Part shown: positions 7,449 to 16,841 of the stretch, one piece after another
How positions within the stretch are numbered: position 1 is the first letter of the stretch
Layout: the number at the start of each line of letters is the position of its first letter
Source: Deinococcus radiodurans R1 = ATCC 13939 = DSM 20539
GTDB lineage: Bacteria; Deinococcota; Deinococci; Deinococcales; Deinococcaceae
Length of the DNA stretch: 32,000 bases
Direction: 5' to 3'
Assembly (NCBI RefSeq): GCF_000008565.1
Contig: NC_001264.1
Location: 90,533-122,532 of the forward strand
Translations under genes and position numbers: made by a program
Notes under the pieces: model-generated
Databases searched by the model: none
What the model was told of the DNA's origin: nothing
Seen by the model: the letters and a program-made list of their open reading frames with translations, nothing else

Positions 7449-7935
7449 ATGTCTGACTTCCATATTGGAGACAACAACGCCGTCCGCTTCGCCATCGTGC
7501 CCAAAGGCACGTCCGCGCGTCCGGCCACCGCCGCGTTTTTCTCGCTTCCCAACGTGACCACCAGCGACGCCCCCATCTCGGCGTCGAGCGTCACCAAGAA
7601 GTACTACAAGACCAACGGCGGCACGGCGACTCGTGGCACCGGCGCCACGGTGACGTTCACCGTCAGCGGGGACCTGCCCCAGGACAAGGCGCTGCGCGAA
7701 CCCGTCTACCGCCTCCGCAAGGCGATCCTGAACGGGGACCAGATTTACCTGGAGCGGGCGTTCGACGAGGAGGCCCCCGCTGCCGAATGGGAAGGCGTTC
7801 GCCTCCCTGACGAACGCGGCGCTGCCCAGCCCCTCGGACAACGCCACCACCTACAGCTTCACGGCGGGCATCTCCGGCGAGCTGAAGGGGCCGCATCAGG
7901 CCGCTCCCGACGCCCCCAGCGCCCCCGGCGCCTGA
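7449..7935 (+). pseudogene. major tail protein, frame broken near 7790-7800
   Basis: RBS GGAGA precedes ATG 7449. The N-terminal 115 aa look genuine up to ...AAEWEG, then the frame turns Arg/Pro/His-rich. The +1 frame reads FASLTNAALPSPSDNATTYSFTAGISGELKGPHQAAPDAPSAPGA-stop (TGA 7933-7935). The position ahead of the chaperone pair supports the call. Confidence 0.6.
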
Positions 7936-7937
7936 AC

Positions 7938-8183
7938 GTGCCTCTCTTCGCCCTGGCCCGCCGCAATGGCGAGCCAGTGGCCCTGATCACGGGTGCCCAC
8001 CGCGATGGTGGGCGCCTGTATGCGGGGCTGCTGGTTGTGCAGGCCGGCTTGACCCGGCGGCGCTGGACATTTCAAGACACCGAAACAAAAGAAAAGCTCG
8101 TTTTGGAGCTACCCAAGGACGCGCTGCACCTCAAGCGAGGGGCAAACACAGCGCGGGTCTGGCTGGAGGTTTATGACCGCTGA
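7938..8183 (+). CDS. hypothetical small tail-module protein
   Basis: This is the in-frame distal part of tracked ORF 7449-8183 with protein-like sequence (VPLFALARRNGEPVALITGAHRDGGRLYAGLLVVQ...ARVWLEVYDR). GTG 7938 lacks an obvious RBS, so the start is uncertain. Confidence 0.4.
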   Translation: MPLFALARRNGEPVALITGAHRDGGRLYAGLLVVQAGLTRRRWTFQDTETKEKLVLELPKDALHLKRGANTARVWLEVYDR

Positions 8184-8643
8184 ACTGCAATGGGGCAGCC
8201 GGGGCACGCCCACCCCTTACCCGATCACCGAAGAGGCCCGCGAGGCCCTGCAAGAGCAGCAGATCGAGGCGCCGGAGCACCTGGTGCTGCACCTCCGTTC
8301 GGCCACCGGGCGTGAGCGCAAGAAGTTCCAGGCCGCGCTGGGCAAGTGCAAGTCCGAGGATGACCTGCGCGAATTGCTCGCCGACCTGCTGCTCACCCGC
8401 ATGGACGAGGGCACCGACCGGCGGATCGTGCGTGAAGTGCTGGAGGACGCCGACCAGACCGCCCTGAACCAGCTTCAGTACGCCTATGTCAACGGGGTCA
8501 TTCCCGAGGGAAAAGCCCTGGAGCGGGCCGTCCAGGCGACAGCGGCCCGACTCACCCCAAGGACGCTCGACGCCCTCGCAGCTACCTCAAGGCCGTCTTC
8601 GCCGCCTTCTACGGCGTTCGTCCCTGGGAATGGGACCACCTGA
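8173..8643 (+). CDS. tail assembly chaperone (G-like, zero-frame product)
   Basis: RBS GGAGG 8165-8169 precedes ATG 8173. The acidic 156-aa protein lies immediately upstream of the tape measure and carries an in-phase slippery heptamer. Confidence 0.7.
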   Translation: MTAELQWGSRGTPTPYPITEEAREALQEQQIEAPEHLVLHLRSATGRERKKFQAALGKCKSEDDLRELLADLLLTRMDEGTDRRIVREVLEDADQTALNQLQYAYVNGVIPEGKALERAVQATAARLTPRTLDALAATSRPSSPPSTAFVPGNGTT

Positions 8644-8987
8644 CCAAAGAAGACATCGAGGACTTGGACGTGGAATTGTCCACGGTCTTCTACCTGCGGG
8701 ACCGGGCGATGCGGGAATATCACTTCTACAAGTTGCCTGAGGAGGCCCGCAAAGGTCTGGCCGAGCCGCCGGAATCGCCCAAGAACGGACGCCTCACGGC
8801 AGAGCAACAGATCAGTCGGGACGCCCTCGTGGCGTTCATGTCGGACTACAACCTGCCTGAGCTGCAGCACCGCGTCCCAGGTGCCGCGGCACGGGAACTA
8901 CTGGCACTGCACAAGGCAGGCAAGCTGCCCCGCTGGGCACAGAAGGCCGTGCGGCTGCGCGAAATGCGGGCGGCGGCAAGGGGGTGA
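8173..8987 (+). CDS. tail assembly chaperone G-T-like fusion via -1 frameshift at 8508-8514 (predicted ~271 aa)
   Basis: The -1 frame is open from 8436 to TGA 8985-8987 and encodes protein-like sequence (SYLKAVFAAFYGVRPWEWDHLTKEDIEDLDVELSTVFYLRDRAMREYHFYKL...) with no start codon before 8664. It ends 3 nt before the tape-measure ATG. Confidence 0.6.
8508..8514 (+). other. slippery heptanucleotide G GGA AAA (X XXY YYZ) in the zero frame of the chaperone gene
   Basis: Codons 113-114 (GGA AAA = G K in ...VIPEGKALE...) are preceded by G8508, matching the phasing of the lambda G/G-T type site. Confidence 0.65.
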
Positions 8988-11177
8988 ACTATGGCATCAG
9001 GTGGAGGCACGGGCGGACAGGCCGCAGAAGTTTACGTCGATCTCGTCGGGCGGTTCGATGAATTCGAGCGCCGTTTAGCCGAGGTCGAATCTGGTGCCGG
9101 TGACGCAGGTGAGCGGGCAGGCTCCGGCTTCGGCGACAAATTCAGCGCCGGGTTGACCATCGCCGCTGGCGGCCTCCTGGCCCTGACGGGAGCGGTGACT
9201 GCCGTCGTGGGCAGCACCGTGGGGCTGGCACAGGAAGCGGCGCAGAACGTCAACGACTTCCAGGCCAAGCTGGGCGCGTCCCGAGAGGAAGCCGAAAAGC
9301 TGGGAACCGTCGCCGAGCAGGTCTTTGGCGACAACTGGACCGGCAGCCTCTCTGAGGCCGGGGAGGCCGTCGCCAATGTGCGCCGGGAGGTCAAGGGCCT
9401 GACCGATGAGGAACTGGCCGGAGTCACTGGAGCCACTGTTGCCATCGCGGAAAACTTCGACGAGGAGCAACAGCGCGTGGCCGCGTCGGTGCAGGCCGTC
9501 ATGCAGGCGACTGGCGTCGGCGCCAAGGAAGCCACCGACTTCATCGCGGCGGGCTTCCAGCGTGGGCTGAACACCTCCGGGGACTTCCTGGACACGCTCA
9601 TGGAGTACGGTCCGCAGTTCGAGAAATCCAAGATCGGGGCTGACCAACTGTTCTCGATGCTCGAAACCGGGGCGCAGAAAGGCGCGTTGGGGACGGATAA
9701 AATCGCGGACGCCTTCAAAGAATTCGGACTGACCGTAACGGATGTTTCCGACGCCAGCACCGAGACCTACGCCGAGTTGGGCCTGAGCCACAGCAAGATC
9801 GTGGCCGACATCAACAGCGGCAAGATGACCACCGCCGAAGCCTTCGAGCTGGTCACCAAGAAGCTGAACGAGGTCAAGGGAGTGGCCGACAAGACCCGCA
9901 TCAGCGCCGCCGTATTCGGTGGGGCTGGTGAGGACATGGCGGCGGGGCTGGCCGGAATCGACCTGACCAAAACCAAGCTCAAAGACCTGCAAGGGGCCAC
10001 CGACGCCCTGAATGCCAAGTACAACAACTTTGGCAGCCTCGCTGAGGGCATGTGGCGCAAGGTGCAGGTCGCCCTGCTGCCGGTGGGCAAAGAACTGCTC
10101 GGCATGGCAAACGAGGCGGTGCCCTACCTGACCAAGGCGTTCGACCAGGTGGGTCAAAAGCTCCCTGGCATGATCAAGAGCGGGATCGAGACGGCCAAAC
10201 AGTTCGGGGCCACTGCCGTCAACGTCTACAACTCGGTCAAGCCTGCCATTGAAACCACCGTGGTCACGGTGCAGAAGCTCAGCAGCTTCATCGAACGGAA
10301 CAAGGAAGTCCTGATTCCGCTGACAGCTGCTGTGGGGGCTGGTGCTGCTGCGTTCGGGCTGTACCGCGCCGGAGTCGTGGCGGTGACCGTCGCCAAAGCC
10401 GCCTGGACGGTTGCCACCACAGCGGCCACCACCGCAAGTGTGGCCCTCCGCGCGGCCATCGCCTTCCTGACGGGTCCCATCGGTCTGGCGATCGCGGCCA
10501 TTGGCCTCCTGGTCGGTGCGGGCGTGGCGCTCTACCGCAACTGGGATGAGGTCGTCTCCTGGGCGCACAAGACGTGGAACCAGATCAAGGGCATCGTCGA
10601 GAACGCTATCAATGGGGCCATGTCCTACCTGCGCGGTGTGGACATGAAAGGCGTGGGCCTCGACATCGTGCAGGGCCTGGTAAACGGCATCCTGGCCGGG
10701 CCGCGCCTGGTGCTCGCCGCCGCCCGCAACCTGGGCAGCAAGGTCATTGAGGGTGTCAAGGGTGTCCTCAACATCCAGTCACCCTCCCGCGTGATGAAAG
10801 AGCTGGGCGAGTTCACGGGTCAGGGCTTCGTGATGGGCCTGGAATCTGAGGTGCCGAGCGTTCGCAAGGCCGCCGAAGCGACAGCCAAAGCGTTTCTGGA
10901 TTCGTTCAGCGACCTGAAGCTGGAACGGTCGGTGGGCAACGTGGACCTCACCACCTACACCCGCACGCTGGAGCAGGCCGCCGCGCAGCTGCGCAGCAAG
11001 CTCAAGACAGTGCAGGAGGGCACCCCTGCCTATGTTGCCTGGCTCAAGGCGCTCCAGACCGTGACGAGCGAGCTGGACGCGGTCAAGAGCAAGAGCAGCG
11101 GCGCTCAGGCATCAGCCAAGGGTCTCGCCGACGAGCTGACCCGCAACCGTCAACAGATCGAGCGCGGCGAGGCGATG

Positions 11178-12089
11178 GAGCAGTACGTGGGGAGCCTGCG
11201 CTCGGCCACCTCGGCGCAACTGGCCTCGGCGCTCGAAACGGCCAGAGCCAGGGGCGAAACCGAGAAATACAACGCGATTCGTGACGAGCAGCGCCGCCGC
11301 ACCGACGCGGCCACCGCTGCCCAGAACAAGGCCACCGACTCGGTGCGCCGGCACCAGGAACAGGTGGCGGACACCCGTTCCCAAATCGCTGCCAACGAGG
11401 CACAAGAACGCTATGTTCTCGGACTGCGTTCAGCCACCGACGCTCAGCTCCGCTCGGCGCTCGAAACCGCCCGGAGCCGGGGCGAAATGGAGCGGTACAA
11501 CGCAATCCGCGACGAACAGCGCCGGCGCACCGACGCGGCTACCGCTGCTCAGGAAAAGGCGACGGAAGCGGCGCGGCGCCACCGGGAAGAAGTCGCGGAC
11601 AACCGTGCCCAGATTGCCGCTGGCGAGGCGCAAGAGCGCTATCTGGCTGGGCTGCGCTCGGCCACTGATGCCCAACTCCGTTCGGCCCTGGAAACTGCCC
11701 GCAGTCGCGGCGAGGTGGAAAAATACAACGCGATTCGTGACGAGCAAAAGCGCCGTGCTGATGCTGTCCGGGACGCTGAGGATAAGGCGACTGAGGCCAC
11801 CCGCCGTCAGCAGCAGCAGCTGGCCGACAACCGTGCCCAGATTGTCGCGGGTGAGTCGCAGGAACGCTACGTGCGCGGCCTGCGCTCGGCCACTGATGCC
11901 CAACTCGCCAGTGCCCTCGCCACCGCCCGCGCTGGTGGCGAGATCGAGAAGTACAACCTGATCCGGGCCGAGCAGAAGCGCCGCACTGACGCCGCTGCCG
12001 ACGCCCAGGAGAAGGCCGCTGAAGCCTCGCGCCGGGAAGCCGAAGCCGCTACCCAGGGGCGCAAGGCCATCGCTGAAGGGCGTGAGTAC
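11178..12089 (+). repeat. 4 tandem in-frame 228-nt (76-aa) repeats within the tape measure
   Basis: Units start at 11178, 11406, 11634 and 11862. Consensus: ERYVxGLRSATDAQLxSALETARxRGExExYNAIRDEQRRRTDAATAAQxKATExxRRHxExVADNRAQIAAGEAQ. Confidence 0.9.
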
Positions 12090-12092
12090 GAT

Positions 12093-13738
12093 GCCTGGAA
12101 GGAAGGGCTCAAGGGCCTGACCGACGAGGAGCTACGGGCCTCTGCCGCCTCGCTGGAAGCTGCTGGAAACCAGCAACGTTACGGCGACGTGATGGGCGAG
12201 CTGAAGCGCCGCACCGACGAGGCCAGCCGGGCACAGGAAGCGTGGGGCGACAACCTCGACCGCCTGGCCGAGTCGGACTGGGTCAAGGGCCTGCGGGACC
12301 TCAACGATGCCCAACTGGCAGCCGCCCTGAGCAGCGCTGAGGCTGAGCACAACGTCTCCCGGTACAACGCGGTCCTGGCAGAGCAGACCCGCCGCACCGA
12401 TGAGGCGAGCAAGAAGCACGAGTCCTGGGCCGACAACCTGGACAAGCTCAGCGAAAGCGGGTGGGTCAGCAGCCTGCGGGACATGACCGACGCTCAGCTG
12501 GCCTCGGCACTGGCGACAGCACAGGCAGGGGAGAACGTCTCTCACTACAACGCGGTCCTGGCAGAGCAGCGGCGCCGCACCGACGAGGTGGAGAAGGCAC
12601 AGCGCAGCTGGCTCGACAACCTCGACCGGGTTCAGCAGGGCACCTGGGTCAAGAGCTGCGGGACATGACCAGCGAGCAGCTGGCCGCCGCGCTCGCCTCT
12701 GCCGAGGCAGGGCAGAACGTGGGCGAGTACAACGCCGTCCTGGCCGAGCAGGGACGCCGCACCGACGAGGTCACCAAAAAGACCGAGGCATGGGCGGACA
12801 ACCTGGTCAAACTCAGCGAGGGCAACTGGACCAAGGGCCTGCACGACTTCACCGACGAGCAGCTGCTCTCGGCACTGGCAACCGCTGAGGCTGAGCAGAA
12901 CGTGGGCCGCTACAACGCGGTCCTGACCGAGATGCTCCGGCGCCTGGACGAATCGGGCAAAAAGCAGGATGCCTGGCTCGACAACCTCGACAAGATTGGA
13001 GAGGGCAACTGGGTCAAGGGCCTGCGGGACCTCGACGAATCGCAGTTGCAGGCTGCCCTCAGCGCTGCCGTCGCCGAGCAGAACGTTGCCCGCTACAACA
13101 CAGTTCTGGCCGAACTCGCCCGGCGCACGGACGAGGCCACCAAGAGCCAGGACGCCTGGAACGACAACGTCAACAAGCTCAATTTCTCGCGCTGGACGGC
13201 GGGCCTCAAGAATATGAGCGACGCCGAGCTGGACGTGATGCTGGGCATGGCGGCGGCTGCGGGCAACATCGCGGAGTACAACGCGGTGCTGGCCGAGCAG
13301 GGACGCCGGGTTGACGATGCCAGCAAGAAGCACGAAGCCTGGGTCCAGAACCTGGAGAAGATCGAGCGCGGCACGTGGGTGGACAGCCTGCGGGACCTGA
13401 GCGACGAGGAACTTCAGAGTGCCCTGGCCTCGGCCACCGCCGCCGAGAACCTCGACGGGTTCAACGCTGTGCTGGCTGAAATGAAGCGGCGCACCGACGA
13501 CGCGGCCAGGGCCCAAGCAAGCTGGAACGCGGTTATCGGGAAGCTCGACCGTGACGGGTACGCCGAAAGCCTCAAGGGCATGAGCGACGCTCAGCTCGTG
13601 CTGATGCTGGAGACGGCGTCCTCGACCCAGAACGCCGAGGATTTCACGGCAATTCTGGCCGAGCAGAGCCGCCGTACCACTGAGGCCGCCAAGAACACCG
13701 AGACGCTCGCCGCCGCCCGCCAGAAGCTCACCGAGATT
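12093..13738 (+). repeat. 9 tandem in-frame 183-nt (61-aa) repeats within the tape measure, related to the 228-nt family
   Basis: Units start at 12093, 12276, 12459, 12642, 12824, 13007, 13190, 13373 and 13556. Every spacing is 183 nt except one of 182. Consensus: xWVKGLRDLxDAQLAxALxxAEAEQNVxRYNAVLAEQxRRTDEAxKKxEAWxDNLDKLxEG. Confidence 0.9.
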
Positions 13739-14900
13739 CAGGCCGGGGGTGCGCGGCCCTTCGCCGCCGAGCTGGCCGCCCTGGAAGCCCTGCGGGGCAA
13801 GCCGGGGGTCGTGGCGGCGGAACTCGACAAGCTGATCGCCTCCTACACCCGCCTGCAAGAGCAGACCGAAAAGCAGCAGGGCCTGGAAAAGTCGATCAAC
13901 AAATGGTCCACCTACGCGAAAAACCTCATTCCTGTTGTTACCGGCGCGATGGAAGCGCTGGGCGGGGCGTCGAGTGAGGTGGCCGGACAGTGGGCCTCTG
14001 ACCTCGGCAGCATGGTCAGCGACATCACGAATTTCGGCATGGCGATTGCGAAAGGGGATTACATCGGCGCGGCCATCCAGTTCTTCACGACCGTCTTGAA
14101 CTGGTGGAACCGAAACAAGAAGGCCGCCGAAGAAGCCGCCAAGGCCACCCGCGAATACAACGAGCAGTTCAAATTCGCGCAGGGGACTGCGGGCGACAAC
14201 TACGGCAGCCGGACCACGGGGAGCTACACGACCGGCTTCCTGTTCTGGGAGACGACCCACTACACCGAGCAGATCGACACCCTCAAACGGGACATCGCGC
14301 TCGCGCTGGAGGGTGGCTGGATCAACGGGATGAAGGACGGGTTCACCCAGGCACTGGCCCAGAACGATTTTTCGCTGTTCGAGAAGTCGCTCAAGTCCTC
14401 GGTGGGGAAAGCGGTTCTGGACGGGCTGATGGAGTCGTTCATCAACCGGGCCATCATCGCCAGGATCATCGGCCCGGCCATCGACTCTTACCTGCGAACC
14501 GGGGATACAGCGGCACTTCGCACAGCCATCCAGGCGGCGAGTGGCGAGGCTGAGCGGTTCTACAACGATGTCCTCGCGCCCATTGCTCAGGAGTTCGGGA
14601 TGCTGGGCACCGCCGTAAAGCCCGAGGCGTCGTCCGGCCCCACGACCACGGCACCACAGGACACCACCCGCACAGTGAAAGTCGACATGCCCAACGTCAC
14701 AGCTTCCATGAATTTCGACGTACTGGGCACGCTCGCCACCGTGGTCGAGCGGGCGGCGCCCCGAATCGAGAACGGCGGTGTGGCGCTCGAACGCGGCGCC
14801 GGGGTGTTCGGGGCGCAGGTGGACCGCCTGGAACGTCTGCTCAGCGGCGCCGAACTGCGGCCCGATACTCGCGCCCTGCGCGGCTTGTAAGGGGGTAGAA

Positions 14901-16427
14901 ATGCAAATTCGGGACACAACAGGAATGATGCTGACCGCCCTCGGCTGGGGAGCGCCGAGCAGCGACGAGATCATCAGCGCCGAGTTCACGTATGGGGGCG
15001 CAGGCACCTGTCAGAGCGCCACCATTCGGCCTGTCAACACTTATGCCGGGGGGCGAGCGGCCAACTGGGAGTTTCGCCTGGGAGGCTGGCAGGTGTTCCA
15101 GGGCATTCCTGACGGCATCAGCGACGCCGACGGCCAACTCGCGCAGATCAGCCTGATGGCCCCTCACCGGCCCCGGCTGGGCGGGCTGGGGGAGAGCCTC
15201 GCCGGGGTACAGGCCGGACCCTTTGAGACCCTCTCTGCCGCACTTGAACGCGAGTTGGGGTCTATGCCCGAGGCTGACATCGGCATCCGACCTGACGGCA
15301 CCGAAGTGGCTGAGGTGCCAGGCGGTGGGGGTAGCGTTGGCGCAGACGAGACTTACGAGGTGCGTTACATCGGCCCGGCCTACCCGGATGCCGTGACTGA
15401 CGCGGTGTTCGACCCTGGCGACGGCTGGCGCAAGTACGCATACAAGCGCGATTGCCCGCCCTACGCGCTGCGGCGCACGGCCAGCGCGAAGGCCGACCCT
15501 GCCATCATCACGAAGGAAGAGACGGGCGTGCCGGTGACGCGGGTGGGCGGCTACTCCTCGCCCGTGACGACCGGCGAGGTCACGCACTACTTCAGCGACC
15601 TGATCGAAGCCGATGGCGTGGAGCGCATGTACGCCGAGAAGGACAGTACGAAGACCGAGACGGTGAGCGACGTGGGCAACTGGACTTTCTCGACGCCGAA
15701 GGACACCGACGTGCGGCGGAACCAGAAGGTGAAGGTGCGCTGCCCGTTCCTCGTGACCGCGATCGCCGCGTACCCGCCGCCCGTGCCGGTCGTGTTCGTG
15801 TCCAATACGGGTGGCGGGGACAGCGGTGGGGGCAGTGGAGAGACGCCCGACCCGATTAAGCCCGCGCCGACGAACGAAGAGCTGGCGCAGCGCCTGGATG
15901 CGGCTGAGAACCGGGTCTTCAGGATTGAGCGGCAGACGCAAGCCGCCGACGAGACGCGCCGGACGCCACGCGGGACGCCGCGCTTCGGGGAGCTGAAGCT
16001 GCTCATCAGCCTGTATCTCATGGGCGACGACGGCGACCAGGTGCTGGACACGACCGCGCACGTCTTCAAGGAACAGGACATTGCACTGGAGCAAGCTGTC
16101 AGTTTCGAGGTCGGCAAGGTCGGTGAGGGCGCCAACTTCCGGGTGCGCTACGAGCTGATCGAACAGGACACAGGGCGCAGCCTCACGATTGCCTTCCGGC
16201 CCCTGGAGGTTGCCATTGAGTACACGGCGCCGAACGTAGAGGGGGTGCAAATGCCCGAAGGGTGGGAAAAGCCCTTCGTGACCGAGGCCCGTCACGAGGT
16301 GCGCGTCCCTGGCTGGCACATTCCGCCGCTGACGGTGCTAGGCCAACCGGCGGCGTCGGCAGTGGTGACCTGGAATCGGGGCGAGTGCAGCACGCTGATC
16401 ACCACAGGAGCCCTGGGCTATGGCTGA
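14901..16427 (+). CDS. tail tip / distal tail protein (hypothetical)
   Basis: RBS AGGGGG precedes ATG 14901, 10 nt after the tape-measure stop. The 508-aa protein has a Gly/Ser linker (GGGDSGGGSGE). The call is by position. Confidence 0.6.
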   Translation: MQIRDTTGMMLTALGWGAPSSDEIISAEFTYGGAGTCQSATIRPVNTYAGGRAANWEFRLGGWQVFQGIPDGISDADGQLAQISLMAPHRPRLGGLGESLAGVQAGPFETLSAALERELGSMPEADIGIRPDGTEVAEVPGGGGSVGADETYEVRYIGPAYPDAVTDAVFDPGDGWRKYAYKRDCPPYALRRTASAKADPAIITKEETGVPVTRVGGYSSPVTTGEVTHYFSDLIEADGVERMYAEKDSTKTETVSDVGNWTFSTPKDTDVRRNQKVKVRCPFLVTAIAAYPPPVPVVFVSNTGGGDSGGGSGETPDPIKPAPTNEELAQRLDAAENRVFRIERQTQAADETRRTPRGTPRFGELKLLISLYLMGDDGDQVLDTTAHVFKEQDIALEQAVSFEVGKVGEGANFRVRYELIEQDTGRSLTIAFRPLEVAIEYTAPNVEGVQMPEGWEKPFVTEARHEVRVPGWHIPPLTVLGQPAASAVVTWNRGECSTLITTGALGYG

Positions 16428-16839
16428 CCTCTACTACCTCTACAACAGCGCCGTAGGCTGGCGAGATCTCCCCCCCACCATGCGGCCTGCTGGAGCGTCT
16501 GCTCCGACAAGCGGCAACCTGGTTAGAGCGCGGGGACACACGGTCATCCACAACCTCGCGGATGGCTTGCCAGACCCTGTACCTGTGCAGCTCACAGGGC
16601 TGTGGGACACGGGTTATGAAGAGCTGCTCTCTTCTGAACTGGACTGGTGGACCTGGTTCGTCACCGGGTGCACCGAGTACCGACGTGGCGACCGCCCACC
16701 TGACGAGGTGCGGGGCAGCTCTTTGATCTGGGCACCCGTAGACGACGACAGCAGCGTCGCCACCGTCACCATCACACTCATTCCCGCACGGGTACGCAAC
16801 CCGGCGACAGCGCCCTCCGGGGCGTTCAAGGGGTTTTGA
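16420..16839 (+). CDS. hypothetical tail protein
   Basis: ATG 16420 overlaps the upstream stop by 8 nt (ATGGCTGA). The 139-aa ORF is coupled to the next gene. Confidence 0.55.
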   Translation: MADLYYLYNSAVGWRDLPPTMRPAGASAPTSGNLVRARGHTVIHNLADGLPDPVPVQLTGLWDTGYEELLSSELDWWTWFVTGCTEYRRGDRPPDEVRGSSLIWAPVDDDSSVATVTITLIPARVRNPATAPSGAFKGF

Positions 16840-16841
16840 AC

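Larger units (their letters stand above)
8991..14890 (+). pseudogene. tail tape measure protein (~1966 aa if repaired), broken by a 1-nt deletion at ~12652-12656
   Basis: RBS AAGGGGG precedes ATG 8991. The two ORFs (8991-12668, 12461-14890) join within a repeat unit. The protein has hydrophobic segments (residues ~470-520), a long coiled-coil repeat array and a C-terminal region typical of tape measures. It lies after the G/G-T pair. Confidence 0.9.

Noticed and set aside
9075-10568. Long minus-strand ORFs inside prophage genes, for example 9075-10568, 14841-16319, 16614-17723, 17835-18521, 20012-20998 and 22285-23334
   Set aside because: All overlap plus-strand genes that have recognisable domains or tight translational coupling. 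Their composition is Arg/Gly/Pro-dominated and they lack RBS context. They are GC-driven artefacts.
11178-13738. Regular 183/228-nt periodicity could suggest a CRISPR-like or satellite array
   Set aside because: The units are contiguous with no spacers and are far longer than CRISPR repeats. They are in-frame and diverged mainly in ways that preserve the protein consensus. They are coding repeats of the tape measure.
12632-15007. 791-aa minus-strand ORF, the longest minus-strand ORF in the track
   Set aside because: It is entirely antisense to the tape measure gene, whose sense strand has repeats and tape-measure features. The translation is Gly/Arg/Pro/Ala-rich and low in complexity, with no motifs. 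This is typical of stop-codon-poor antisense frames in high-GC DNA.
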